This document shows, piece by piece, positions 9,532 through 19,413 of a stretch of DNA of 64,000 nucleotides (within the stretch, counting starts at the first letter, position 1; every line of letters begins with the position of its first letter). The notes under the pieces are model-generated. The model saw only the letters and a list, made by a program, of their open reading frames with translations. It did not search any database and was not told the origin of the DNA. The stretch is from a virus, in the IMG/VR virus record IMGVR_UViG_3300044837_000112, positions 1 through 64,000 of that record. One strand, 5' to 3'. The translations under genes and the position numbers were made by a program.

Positions 9532-10723
9532 GGGTGAGATATCGCGCCTCAAGATGGTCATCCTGTCGCAGCGTAGTCTTCTGGATAGCATGCGTCCAAA
9601 GTTGGATAAGATGTACGTCGAGGGCAAGAAGGAATCTCCCGAGTACAAGGCACTCCTGAAGCGCGCCGATACCGTCGGCATGCAGGTCGCTGGTTTCGCG
9701 CTAATGCTGAAGACTCTTGGCTACCGCATCGACGAGGACGGCGTCATGCGAGTAGTTAGACCTGATCCTCTGGATATCGATCCGGCTGATCGCGAGATGG
9801 AGATGCACCCGGTAGACGATCCCTGGGCAAAAGATCCCCCCGCTTCTGCTTCAATGCGGATCCCGACTGAAATTGAGCATAAGCTGGCCGAGCGGCATCA
9901 CGTGAAAGATCTCAAGGAAAAGAACTACAAGGAGATGGGCGCGGCCTACGAGAAGGAGGACACACTTCTCGGCGATGCCCTGAAGGCTAAGATAGTTGAA
10001 CTAGACAAGAAGCTACTGAAGCTTGATAGGGAGATAGAGCGCCTCGTGGAAAGTCCAGTGAAACTGCCACGCCCAGCACGACCTGTCAGGCCTGGTCGTG
10101 CTGTTCATCGCTTCACGTTCGAAGAACTCATCGGTTACAGCGTGCCAGTGTATGGCGTGAAGTGTGCGTGTACTAAGGGACTCCTGTGTGAAGAATGGAC
10201 TGTGGCGCTTGGCCAGCGTACTTTGATCACGCAGTACTATGCTTGCTTTAATACCAGAAGCAAACCACTGAATGTTATGGTGCCCATCTTTGGTCAGATT
10301 CTAGAAGGGATCAAGGACAGCACGATAAAGTTTCCAGAAGCAGTGGATCGCTATAACGACTACTCTTTCAAGGTTACACCTTGGAGATCGATCGAGATAG
10401 CCACGATGCCGGGTGCGATTCTCTTCCTGCCTGAAGTCACCGACGTGTCGCACCTTCAGATAGTTCAGAACCAGGCACAGTTAATCATCAGTACACTACC
10501 TGCGTCTGTGGAAGCGAAGATTCGTTCAAGGCCAGATAAGTGTATATCATCTAATCACAACTATGGCGACACGGATAAGATGACGCGATTAATCGCGACA
10601 GGTGATCGCGAGAGCAACGCGTACAAGGCGATGCTGTACCTGCGTGCTACGCGGGACACCTGTCTGTTCTGTTATACCAAGGAAGAGCCTGCATTCATGG
10701 GCGAACACATCCCCGTCGTCTGA
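9506..10723 (+). CDS. hypothetical protein with coiled coil and Cys motifs
   Basis: 405-aa ORF; CAC..LLC and CLFC. Confidence 0.6.
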   Translation: MISGMSALEGEISRLKMVILSQRSLLDSMRPKLDKMYVEGKKESPEYKALLKRADTVGMQVAGFALMLKTLGYRIDEDGVMRVVRPDPLDIDPADREMEMHPVDDPWAKDPPASASMRIPTEIEHKLAERHHVKDLKEKNYKEMGAAYEKEDTLLGDALKAKIVELDKKLLKLDREIERLVESPVKLPRPARPVRPGRAVHRFTFEELIGYSVPVYGVKCACTKGLLCEEWTVALGQRTLITQYYACFNTRSKPLNVMVPIFGQILEGIKDSTIKFPEAVDRYNDYSFKVTPWRSIEIATMPGAILFLPEVTDVSHLQIVQNQAQLIISTLPASVEAKIRSRPDKCISSNHNYGDTDKMTRLIATGDRESNAYKAMLYLRATRDTCLFCYTKEEPAFMGEHIPVV

Positions 10724-10752
10724 GATATCCAGAACACCAGGGGAGTAACGAG

Positions 10753-11013
10753 ATGCCCAGCTATACAGACTACAAATGCGGCAAGTGCCACAAGCCGACA
10801 GAGCGTGAACTGCTCATAGTCAAGAGGGCAGTCTTCGTACCGATCGGCCGGGGTGCGAAGATCGTCAAGAACAGGACAATAATGTGGCTGTGTGACGATT
10901 GCCTCAAGTTGGACCCCGACTGGAACCGCGAGAGCCACGATGCACCTGGTCTCAAGTCTGTCACTCGCGAGAACGTCCGCGAGCTACGACGCCAGATGAG
11001 CGAGGATATCTGA
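10753..11013 (+). CDS. Zn-ribbon protein
   Basis: GGGGAG RBS; YKCGKC...LCDDC. Confidence 0.65.
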   Translation: MPSYTDYKCGKCHKPTERELLIVKRAVFVPIGRGAKIVKNRTIMWLCDDCLKLDPDWNRESHDAPGLKSVTRENVRELRRQMSEDI

Positions 11014-11582
11014 TGCCAGTTCGTCGACCTAAGGTAACCGACAGTGTCTTCAGCCGTCTGAACCGACTTCTGTGGGTGCGGACGGAGAATCAGTCCATCA
11101 CTGTCTTTACGCCACCACCAGAGGGCGAGTGGCCCACCTCGTCGGTACTGGTGATGTTCCAGTCGATGAAAAACTCTACGAAGCAGTACACCATAAACCT
11201 GTCGGACATGACCGTGGAAGAGTTAGCAGTGTTCCGACAGGCAATTATCCTGGCACTCGATCTGGCTGAACCCCAGTCGCGTGAAAATGATCGCTTAACG
11301 AAGGATGGGATTCTCGAAGATGGAAACCCTGGACTCAGATTCTATCGACATGCTCCGACGGTGGTGTTTGGAAAGGGGGCGCTCGAACGACACGATCCGA
11401 GCATATACGGGGGACATGCGGAGTTTCTTTCGCGAAACGGGGCTGACATCCCTACCGCTGAAGGACTTCCCGAGCGAAGCAGCAGCGTGGCTGATCTCGA
11501 AGCGGATGACACTGGAACCCAAGACATTGCTCCGTCGCTTGTCATCCGCTCGTCTGATGGGGAAAGTGATGGGGTGTGGTGA
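11013..11582 (+). CDS. hypothetical protein overlapping the recombinase 5' end
   Basis: TGATG coupling and GAGG RBS; last 263 nt overlap 11320-12141 in another frame. Confidence 0.5.
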   Translation: MPVRRPKVTDSVFSRLNRLLWVRTENQSITVFTPPPEGEWPTSSVLVMFQSMKNSTKQYTINLSDMTVEELAVFRQAIILALDLAEPQSRENDRLTKDGILEDGNPGLRFYRHAPTVVFGKGALERHDPSIYGGHAEFLSRNGADIPTAEGLPERSSSVADLEADDTGTQDIAPSLVIRSSDGESDGVW

Positions 11583-12141
11583 TATCCTCCAGGACATCAC
11601 ACTTCCGGTGCCGGCGAAGGCAATCCCACATCCTCTCCCTGGAGGAATTCGAGATCTTCGTGCACTTCTTGGCGTCTGCAAGAGCGATCAACACCGGGCG
11701 CTTGTTGGTTGCCTTGGCTTTGAGGGAATGCGGATGTGCGAAGTACTTACGCTTCGTCCGCGCGACATCGACATGCACGACAAAACGCTGCGCATCTGGG
11801 GTAAAGGCTCCAAGGTTCGTGTCGTCCCGTTCACCAAAAAGGCACAAGAACTGATCCTGCCTGTCTATCTGGACAAGATCTTCATCGATCCCAAGGCTCC
11901 GATGATCGAGTACTCGGATCGACACGCGAGAGCCATCATCACTCAGATGGGCGTAGCTGCCGGAATCTCGCGACCGATCGCATCGCACGATCTTCGTGCC
12001 ACATTCGCTACCCTCGCCTACGCCAAGACGCGGGACGCGAAAGCAGTCCAGAACTGGCTCGGTCACGCGAGCGGGGACACCACGGCTATCTATATCGAAG
12101 TGCCGATGGATACGCTTCGCATCGTCGGCGAGATAGACTAG
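11320..12141 (+). CDS. XerC/XerD-like tyrosine recombinase (no arm-binding domain)
   Basis: core-binding GRSNDTIRAY; catalytic GMRMCE, GKGSKVR, HDLR, LGH..TTAIY. Confidence 0.9.
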   Translation: METLDSDSIDMLRRWCLERGRSNDTIRAYTGDMRSFFRETGLTSLPLKDFPSEAAAWLISKRMTLEPKTLLRRLSSARLMGKVMGCGDILQDITLPVPAKAIPHPLPGGIRDLRALLGVCKSDQHRALVGCLGFEGMRMCEVLTLRPRDIDMHDKTLRIWGKGSKVRVVPFTKKAQELILPVYLDKIFIDPKAPMIEYSDRHARAIITQMGVAAGISRPIASHDLRATFATLAYAKTRDAKAVQNWLGHASGDTTAIYIEVPMDTLRIVGEID

Positions 12142-12149
12142 GAGAAGAT

Positions 12150-12965
12150 ATGACAACTGATGTAAAGGTGCCAAAGGTAAGCACGTACACCACCGGGCTC
12201 TGTCAGGTGGGCGGTCACGAAGGAGCGCCACAGCTCTCGCCGGGAGGTGCGCTACGCAAACCATGCCTGGGCGAGTACGACTTCCAGCGTGGCACCAAGG
12301 TGCGCTGTATGTGCTGGTGTCACGAGATGTTCCGGGAGGTGCGCGCCATGAAGGCGTCCCTGGAGCCGCAGGAGGTGGACGCGGCCGGGAACGCCCTGGT
12401 GCTGGATGACACTGGCTGGGAGACCATAACGCCTGCCACCGTTGTTCAGGAGATCGGCCCGGCGATCGAGGCGGCTACCGGACGGCAGCTGTTGCGGCTG
12501 CCACCAGCGTCGTTCATCTTCCACGACGGGGGACCGGTCGTGGAACTGTGGGCTGGTGGATATGCAATCCTAGAGGAGCTGGCCAGCTCGGAGCACCTCA
12601 CCGACTACCTTGATCTCTTCATGCGCAAGCACGACCTGGTCAAGGGACCGAAGGTCCCGCACAAGCGGTACGCCAGCAACGACACTGAACGGCGAGCGAG
12701 AGGGAGTCTCGATATAAATGTCGAGGCCGTCTGTCGACTCGCCTCGCTTGGCTTCTGCCCGTGGGACGATGCGACACCGACGAATATCTCCCTGATGGTC
12801 GATCCGCTCGACCAGCCATCGGCCGGCGCAGTTCGCGAGGTACTGATCCGCTGGGGCAAGGCCGGCGTCGCCGAGGTAACCGACAAGCCGGTGCTGTTCG
12901 TCAAGTTCATCGGCCTCGCACAGAACCGCTCGATCGCTGGCGCGACAGCTCCTAGGTTCGTATGA
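12150..12965 (+). CDS. hypothetical protein, Cys/His N-terminus and possible C-terminal wHTH
   Basis: AGGAG RBS; C...H...C...CMCWCH. Confidence 0.6.
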   Translation: MTTDVKVPKVSTYTTGLCQVGGHEGAPQLSPGGALRKPCLGEYDFQRGTKVRCMCWCHEMFREVRAMKASLEPQEVDAAGNALVLDDTGWETITPATVVQEIGPAIEAATGRQLLRLPPASFIFHDGGPVVELWAGGYAILEELASSEHLTDYLDLFMRKHDLVKGPKVPHKRYASNDTERRARGSLDINVEAVCRLASLGFCPWDDATPTNISLMVDPLDQPSAGAVREVLIRWGKAGVAEVTDKPVLFVKFIGLAQNRSIAGATAPRFV

Positions 12966-12966
12966 A

Positions 12967-13257
12967 ATGGCATCACTTGACAGCGACGAGGAGCGTGGTA
13001 GGATAGGACTGCCACCGTTACTGTTCCTGTTCACCCTGGAGCAGATCTGTTCGATGATCCAGGTGGACATGACTTCGCTCATGCGGAACCATCTCTGGTA
13101 CACAGGAGTTACGCCTGGGATGCCGATGCGCCGACAGATGCGAGCGGTGAACGTAGGCGAGCACAAGGAGCCGATCTGGCGGGTATCGCAGCGCGACTTC
13201 GTATCGTGGGCGAAGCGACAAGGATTCAAGGTGTCCGACTATGCGAATTACTCTTGA
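12967..13257 (+). CDS. Xis/HTH_17-like DNA-binding protein
   Basis: LFTLEQICSMIQV...WRVSQRDFVSW pattern. Confidence 0.5.
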   Translation: MASLDSDEERGRIGLPPLLFLFTLEQICSMIQVDMTSLMRNHLWYTGVTPGMPMRRQMRAVNVGEHKEPIWRVSQRDFVSWAKRQGFKVSDYANYS

Positions 13258-13894
13258 CAACGTCTACCTTCTAGCGGGCCATAAGCCCATCGACTGGATG
13301 ATGGAGCTGTCAGTCCCGATCGAGGGGGACTATGAGGAGAAGTCGGAAGCTCCTGAGACGTTCACTGAATTTCTCGACAGCTTCGCCAAGGCTGGCTCAG
13401 ACTTCTACACTGCGCTCAAGGCTAGTTTTCCCATAGTTCCTGGCTTCAAGAAGACATTCGAGGACGTAGCCGATGCGGAAATGCGAGCCAGCCTACTGAG
13501 AGCAGAATTCGTCTCACCACACGCACGCATCGAGTGGTCGAGTGAGGCCGGGAGTCCGCTAGATGATATGATTAAGTATGCAGAAAGTCTGAGGGGTGGA
13601 AAGATGGCTCCATGGGGTCCAATTGATGCGACGACCCCTCGCGAGAGTCACGTCCACATCTCTGCTAAAGGATGGGAGGGTGCGAGTCCCAGTCGCGGCG
13701 TCATCGACGAGCCTTACTGGTACGAGTACGCTAAGCGTACCGAAGTCAGAGAACAGAAGGAACGCGATGAAAGTGAGATCGCTGATCAGATAGCCGAAGA
13801 GAACGGTACCAGTATTCTTCGATCGGCGAAGAAGGACATCGCCCTGCCGCCGATAAAGAAGAACTCCGGTCCGCCAAAGAAGAGGATGCGATGA
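13241..13894 (+). CDS. hypothetical protein
   Basis: 217-aa ORF with overlaps at both ends. Confidence 0.55.
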   Translation: MRITLDNVYLLAGHKPIDWMMELSVPIEGDYEEKSEAPETFTEFLDSFAKAGSDFYTALKASFPIVPGFKKTFEDVADAEMRASLLRAEFVSPHARIEWSSEAGSPLDDMIKYAESLRGGKMAPWGPIDATTPRESHVHISAKGWEGASPSRGVIDEPYWYEYAKRTEVREQKERDESEIADQIAEENGTSILRSAKKDIALPPIKKNSGPPKKRMR

Positions 13895-14301
13895 CTATCA
13901 AGTGGGAGAAGGCAGACTACTCGGTCGGCAGTAGTGAATGTATCCAGGTAGGCAGGGATACGTCTGTGCCGGACTGGATACATCCACTCATCTTCATGAA
14001 GACGCAGGGTGGCATGTTCGTCGCCACCAACAGAGAATTCGCCAACTTCGTCGCGCAGTGTGCGCGTGGAGACTGGAACCACCTCATCGAAGGATACGAG
14101 ATGACCACACCAGCCGAGCCGTCTGCAGATCCAGACATCGCCGTCATCGAGGCAATGAAGGGCATCGTCGTCAGCGATGCAGTTGTCACTCGTGCAGCCC
14201 TGATGGGGCTGTCACGTGACGACGTCTATTCGCTGAAGCACAAGGCGATGGAGCTGATCGGCTTCGTCGAGGAGCGCTTCGAAGAGCTGCCGGAAGAGTG
14301 A
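13891..14301 (+). CDS. DUF397 (BldB-family) domain protein with C-terminal extension
   Basis: WEKADYSVGSSECIQV...EFANFVAQCARGDWNHL fits the DUF397 pattern WxKSxYS..CVEV...W..FV....GEFD. Confidence 0.65.
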   Translation: MTIKWEKADYSVGSSECIQVGRDTSVPDWIHPLIFMKTQGGMFVATNREFANFVAQCARGDWNHLIEGYEMTTPAEPSADPDIAVIEAMKGIVVSDAVVTRAALMGLSRDDVYSLKHKAMELIGFVEERFEELPEE

Positions 14302-14540
14302 CACTCTACATGGCGACGGCCACAACGTATATCGGTACTCATCCAGCAGAGAGGCCAGAGGTGGAGGCTGCGCCAGGTGTCGCCGAACTTGACCGTGGCC
14401 CGATCGAAGGCGATGACCTCGATGAACTGTACTGGCGCAACGACCACGGAGTAAACAAGCTTCGCTGTACAAGTACTGATCGTGATCTAGCGCTGGATCT
14501 CGTCGAGACGAAGTACTATCAGATCAAGAATAACCGATAA
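14298..14540 (+). CDS. hypothetical protein
   Basis: GTGA overlap. Confidence 0.45.
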   Translation: MTLYMATATTYIGTHPAERPEVEAAPGVAELDRGPIEGDDLDELYWRNDHGVNKLRCTSTDRDLALDLVETKYYQIKNNR

Positions 14541-14560
14541 CAATTGATAGCCGTTCACGT

Positions 14561-14590
14561 TTGACGTGGGTACCTAGGGCCGACTAGGAT
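14561..14590 (+). promoter_or_regulatory. sigma70/HrdB-type promoter, probably leaderless
   Basis: TTGACG-18 nt-TAGGAT, then 6 nt to the ATG at 14597. Confidence 0.7.
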
Positions 14591-14596
14591 GGACAC

Positions 14597-15067
14597 ATGA
14601 CGAACATGTATCAGTCACTCGCCTACGCCGACCAGTTCGGCGCCGAGAAGACGCACGCAGACGCGCTCAACCTGAACATCGAGATCGCCAACACGGAGAT
14701 CGAGATCGCCGGGGCGGCCAGCCGTCTTCGTCGAAACAGGGCCCTCCTCGTGTGGCGCGAGGAAGAGATCGCCGTGCTGGTTACGGTCGATGCGACCAAG
14801 GTCGACGAGAAGGTGTCGCAGGCAGCGATCGATCGGAAGGTGAAGGCGGCTGTCGCTGTCGACCCGCAGGTACGAGAGTTAAACGAGTTCATCCTTGGCG
14901 TCCAGGAGGAACTCGACCGACACGTGGCCGTCCTATCCGGGCATAAGGTGGCACATAAGACGGCCATCGCGCGAATCGAGAGCCTCGGTGGCTGGTTCCA
15001 TTTCCTTGGAGCCGTCAAGGACGCAAACACCCAGCATGAGGTGGCCGTGGCTGCGACGCCTTTCTAG
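14597..15067 (+). CDS. coiled-coil protein, possibly a UvsY-like recombination mediator
   Basis: all-helical 156 aa upstream of SSB-like gene; the UvsY resemblance is weak. Confidence 0.45.
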   Translation: MTNMYQSLAYADQFGAEKTHADALNLNIEIANTEIEIAGAASRLRRNRALLVWREEEIAVLVTVDATKVDEKVSQAAIDRKVKAAVAVDPQVRELNEFILGVQEELDRHVAVLSGHKVAHKTAIARIESLGGWFHFLGAVKDANTQHEVAVAATPF

Positions 15068-15159
15068 GCCAACCGCTGGCCTTGTGCACGATCCCGTAAC
15101 ATGCAACACTGCAACACACGCAAATCCGGCAAATCTGTAAAACTGAGGGGAACCACAGA

Positions 15160-16140
15160 ATGACGAGTACTGAAATCGAAGCGGCTGGCGCGTACGGCGA
15201 CCTCTACGGTGGCCTGGAAGACTTCACCGTCAGCGATATGAAGCTGGCGCGGGTCACGATCGAGCACGCGGATGGCGTCTTCAAGGACTCGCTGACCGGC
15301 GAGACATTCAAGGAGATCTTCTTCATCCCGCTGGCACTGATCAAGCAGCGAGTGCTGTGGCACCCGACCGTAACGGACGATTCGCAGCCGCTGTGCAAGG
15401 CGACAAACTTCGAACTCGGCTTCCCGACCGTCGGCCAGCCGAAGGACGTCCAGAACTTCCCCTGGGGCGCAGCCAAACTGAACCCCGCTGACTTCCCGGC
15501 CTCGCCAGAGTTCGGACGGCCGGTGGTCCCGTGCTCCTCCTGCGTTCTCAAGGACTGGGGCAGCGACCCGGTCGGCGGCAAGAAGCCGTGGTGCACCGAG
15601 CAGCACTCGATCCCGGTCCTGTACGGCGCGACGTCGGACGACTGCATCAACATGGCAGTCATGACATTCCAGCGGTCGTCGATGCAGGCCTCGAAGGCGT
15701 TCTTCGCCAGCATCATGCGGGCCAGGAAGCCGGCCTTCTCGGTGATCGGCAAGGCGACCTTGCTCGCACAGAAGCGTGGCACGAACACCTTCCACGTCCC
15801 GGTGCTCGCGAAGTTCACGGACACCGAGATGTCGACCTGGGGTGCCTTCTCGGAGCAGGCGAAGACGATCGCCGACTACCTGCGCGAACCGCCGCTGCTC
15901 AAGATGGACGGTGCTCCGGACGTTTCTGGCATCGCGGCGGCAACCACCTGGACGCCGGGTGTCGCTGCTCCCGTTGCTGTAACTCCGACCGTCGTGACGG
16001 CCCCGCCGGGCGCCACGATCGCCGGAGCAGTCGTTACAACGGCCCCCGTGGCCGTCCCCGCGACACCAGCACCGGCGATGATGGCGCCAATCGCGACGCC
16101 TGCTGGCGGTCGCGACGGCAACGACGACCTGCCTTTCTAG
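15160..16140 (+). CDS. phage single-stranded DNA-binding-like protein
   Basis: Cys cluster (C..CSSC..C), A/P/T linker, acidic SSB-type tail NDDLPF. Confidence 0.65.
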   Translation: MTSTEIEAAGAYGDLYGGLEDFTVSDMKLARVTIEHADGVFKDSLTGETFKEIFFIPLALIKQRVLWHPTVTDDSQPLCKATNFELGFPTVGQPKDVQNFPWGAAKLNPADFPASPEFGRPVVPCSSCVLKDWGSDPVGGKKPWCTEQHSIPVLYGATSDDCINMAVMTFQRSSMQASKAFFASIMRARKPAFSVIGKATLLAQKRGTNTFHVPVLAKFTDTEMSTWGAFSEQAKTIADYLREPPLLKMDGAPDVSGIAAATTWTPGVAAPVAVTPTVVTAPPGATIAGAVVTTAPVAVPATPAPAMMAPIATPAGGRDGNDDLPF

Positions 16141-16152
16141 GCAGCCGATACT

Positions 16153-16190
16153 GGGCGACCCGACCCTATCTCTAGGGGGCCGGGTCGCCC
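16153..16190 (+). terminator. hairpin terminator after SSB-like gene
   Basis: GGGCGACCCG...CGGGTCGCCC. Confidence 0.65.
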
Positions 16191-16208
16191 TCTCTAAGGA
16201 GACAAATC

Positions 16209-16763
16209 ATGTCCGATGAGGACAACGAGCTGCCAGAGCCGCCACCGGGCTTCCGGTTCATCACGCCCGAGATACAGGCGGAGATGCAGCAGCGTGCGAT
16301 GGCACAGGCCACCGAAATGGGTTTATCGGTACACAGCCTGTTCGAGAGTCTGAAGCCGGAGCAGATGCATACGCTGATGCGTATGTTCAACATCTGCGTC
16401 GGCAACAAGAAGCTGATGCTGCCAACCTATTGGGCTGGACAACTGCACGCGGTACTCCGCTACAAGCACGGCATCTGTTCCTGCTGCGGCAACCCACTGC
16501 ACGACGAGCTGGATATCTCCAAGTTCGTCGGCAGCGAAGAGGCTGCGACCGAGGAAGTTGCAAAGGTGGAGGGTCCGGAGATCGAGGAGTCGTCGGTGGA
16601 GCAGATGCTGCGATACAACGTCTCCTCCATCCAGCCGGGTGATCCGTCCGTGGAGTGCAACAAGTGCAGCACGTACTTCCCTAGCCTGGAAGCTCGGATG
16701 GAATCGGGGCTCAAGTGCCCGGTCTGCCTCTTGGGGGAGCGCTTTGGGAAAGCTGACTCCTAG
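16209..16763 (+). CDS. Zn-finger hypothetical protein
   Basis: AAGGAG RBS; CSCC..H, CNKC, CPVC. Confidence 0.6.
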   Translation: MSDEDNELPEPPPGFRFITPEIQAEMQQRAMAQATEMGLSVHSLFESLKPEQMHTLMRMFNICVGNKKLMLPTYWAGQLHAVLRYKHGICSCCGNPLHDELDISKFVGSEEAATEEVAKVEGPEIEESSVEQMLRYNVSSIQPGDPSVECNKCSTYFPSLEARMESGLKCPVCLLGERFGKADS

Positions 16764-17182
16764 ACAGAAGGCGTTCGACATTACTGAACACCTGCCAGCC
16801 GACATGTCGAGTGGCGAGAAGATAAACCAGACACGCGACCCGTTCACGGGAGACGTATATGGCCCTGGCTTGAAGATAAGCGCAGACGGTGAAATCACCA
16901 GGATTGAACTAACTGAAGAGCTTCCCGACTGAGCTTTCCCTAGCCCGCCGGTAGGGGAGAGTAATGCGAAGAACCTGGAAGATGAAAATATGGGTAATGA
17001 TCCTGCACCACATGCGGGACCACCCTGCTGCTATCAGGAGTACGTCGACATCCTGGCCTCCAAGAAAGACTGGAGCGCAGTCAGACGTAAAGGTTACACC
17101 GACGCCATCAATAATACTGTTGCCACTATTCCAGATGGCAGCAGCCAAGACGAAATAGCTGATTACTACCGGGGGTACAACG

Positions 17183-17527
17183 ATGGAGCCAAATCGAACG
17201 AAGTCTGGATTGATTGTCCCCGCCGGTGTTCCATCCAGCGCATCCACGCCCGCCGTTGGCTTGCCAACCACTGAGCCGACGAAGGTACCAGTCATCGACG
17301 GCTTCCCGCTCGCGAGCCAGTTCATCCTGGCTCGCGAGGTGCACGTGATCGCCAGACTTCTCGAGGGTAACAAAACGGCGACTGTTATTTTCTCGCTAGT
17401 GGGTGCGACGGCGCAGGATATGGACGCAAACCTCTGTGCCACGTTTATCTCTGACTATCACGGATCGATGGCACTGGGGCGTGAACTCATCAAGCACGCG
17501 ACTGATATACCGCTCGTACAGCGATGA
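17183..17527 (+). CDS. hypothetical protein
   Basis: ATGA overlap with next gene. Confidence 0.5.
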   Translation: MEPNRTKSGLIVPAGVPSSASTPAVGLPTTEPTKVPVIDGFPLASQFILAREVHVIARLLEGNKTATVIFSLVGATAQDMDANLCATFISDYHGSMALGRELIKHATDIPLVQR

Positions 17528-17805
17528 AGTACCTCCTGATTCCGCATAATGCCAGATATTCACGGGACGAGGATGGCAAGTTTCACACCTGGAAAGTTAT
17601 AATGGCGAACTGGGACGATTCGCCAGGATTTCGAGCTGACGGCAGGACGCGTACCTGGGCAACCGAGGAAGAGGCGCGCGCCGATATCGCAAAGCGGAAG
17701 CGTAACTGGCCAGCACTACTGCAGCACATCGTCACCGAAAACGTGGAGGAGTTCACTGATGACCCCAGCGCCTCGGAAATCGATGGCTCCGGAGTTGCTG
17801 GATGA
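17524..17805 (+). CDS. hypothetical protein
   Basis: coupled ORF. Confidence 0.45.
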   Translation: MKYLLIPHNARYSRDEDGKFHTWKVIMANWDDSPGFRADGRTRTWATEEEARADIAKRKRNWPALLQHIVTENVEEFTDDPSASEIDGSGVAG

Positions 17806-19234
17806 TGTCGACTTCTACGACCACCAGATTGACGGCGTACGAGAGATGTGTCGGATGCGAAGTATCATCCTCGCAGACGACATGGGGCTCGGAAAGTCTC
17901 TACAGGCGCTAGCGGCCTTCATTGCCGATATTAAGATGTCCGGGGCGCCGTCGACGGCGGTAGTCATCTGTCCGACGTCACTGCGGGACAACTGGGCTGA
18001 CGAGATCGACAAGTTTACAACCTTGCCGTACATGCTTCTCGGTCAGGACATCAACCCGAAAACCGGAAAGCTACGAACGCTGACTGGCGCTGGTCGATCG
18101 TTGCAGATAGCCGAGTTCGCGTCGTGGATCGGCACGAAGATCCTGATCATGAACTACGAGCAGGTAAAGCCACACCTGGTCGAGCTGAACTCGCTCGCCA
18201 TCCGAGTTGGCATCTTCGACGAGGCGCACTACATCAAGAACCACTCGTCACAGCGAACGAAGGCATGCCTTAGCCTGAAGGACGAGCGGTCCTTCCTGCT
18301 GACTGGCACACCACTGCTGAACCACGTCGGCGAGTTGTGGCCGCTGCTGAACAAGGTGGCACCATCTAGCTTCAAGTCGTACCACGCCTTTATGAACCGC
18401 TACTGCGTATTCGGCGGCTGGAATAACCGACAGGTAATGTCGGTGAAGAATCAAAAGGAACTACAGGCCATCCTCGACAAGGTGATGATTCGTCGACTCA
18501 AAAAGGATGTCCTAGATCTGCCCGAGGTACAGTACATCCAGGTGAAGGTGGACCTGCATCCTAAGCAGCGCTACCTGTATGACCAGATAGAAGAAGAACT
18601 TCGGCTCGAGTCTGTAGATCCGGGCGGCATCGATACTGAAGTCAGTAATGCACTCACGCAGTTCCTGCGGCTGAAGCAGATCTGCGGAACGCCGTTCACC
18701 CTCGGCTTCGGTGATGACAGTTACAAGCTAGATGCGGTCGTCGCCCGGCTACTGGAGAAGGTTGACGCTGGCGAGAAGGTAGTTCTGTTCTCCCAGTTCC
18801 GAGGCGTCCTCGAAGCACTGCGACTGCGCTGCATGGAAGTCAGCATCCTGTCGCTTTCGCTGAATGGAGATGTGCCGGTGGGCGAGCGGCAAGCACTAGT
18901 CAAACGCTGGGCCGCAATACCAGGCGGTGCGGTAATCCTGTGCCAGTCATCCGTGGCTGGCGTGGGTCTCAATATGACCGCAGCAAAGGTAGGCTTCTTC
19001 GTAGACAAGCTGTTCGTCCCGGGCCTGAATCAGCAGTGTGTTGACCGCATGCACCGGATCGGCGCCTCGACTACCCAACCCGTCCAGATCTTCGAGTTCA
19101 TTGCCAAGGGGACCGTCGAGTCTCGAGTCGAGGCGATCCTGCGATCGAAGAAGATAACGTTCGACAAGGTGATCGGCGGCACCGCGCTGATGCGAAAGTT
19201 GTTGGCCGCGCTGAGGGAGAAGGAGGAAGTGTGA
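17759..19234 (+). CDS. SNF2-family (SF2) helicase/ATPase
   Basis: LADDMGLGKS, FDEAH, LTGTP, GVGLNMT, QCVDRMHRIG. Confidence 0.93.
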   Translation: MTPAPRKSMAPELLDDVDFYDHQIDGVREMCRMRSIILADDMGLGKSLQALAAFIADIKMSGAPSTAVVICPTSLRDNWADEIDKFTTLPYMLLGQDINPKTGKLRTLTGAGRSLQIAEFASWIGTKILIMNYEQVKPHLVELNSLAIRVGIFDEAHYIKNHSSQRTKACLSLKDERSFLLTGTPLLNHVGELWPLLNKVAPSSFKSYHAFMNRYCVFGGWNNRQVMSVKNQKELQAILDKVMIRRLKKDVLDLPEVQYIQVKVDLHPKQRYLYDQIEEELRLESVDPGGIDTEVSNALTQFLRLKQICGTPFTLGFGDDSYKLDAVVARLLEKVDAGEKVVLFSQFRGVLEALRLRCMEVSILSLSLNGDVPVGERQALVKRWAAIPGGAVILCQSSVAGVGLNMTAAKVGFFVDKLFVPGLNQQCVDRMHRIGASTTQPVQIFEFIAKGTVESRVEAILRSKKITFDKVIGGTALMRKLLAALREKEEV

Positions 19235-19413
19235 TCTGGCAGATCGGCGCATTAGCAGTAATGATAATCACCCTGTGCTACGCACTCGACTGGCCATCCG
19301 TGACCACCGGCAAGAAAATCAACGCCCTCGAGGAAGACATAAAGGAGCTTCAGGACGCCATCGCGCGAATCGAGGCGTACATTCAACTTCCGACGACATG
19401 GAGAGCCAAGTGA
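19231..19413 (+). CDS. small membrane protein with coiled coil
   Basis: N-terminal TM; AAGGAGG RBS. Confidence 0.55.
   Translation: MIWQIGALAVMIITLCYALDWPSVTTGKKINALEEDIKELQDAIARIEAYIQLPTTWRAK

Noticed and set aside
11320-12141. Classical integrase/attP/repressor lysogeny cassette
   Set aside because: No arm-binding domain, no divergent repressor, and no intergenic attP or tRNA-like core nearby; no dif-like site was recognised by eye.
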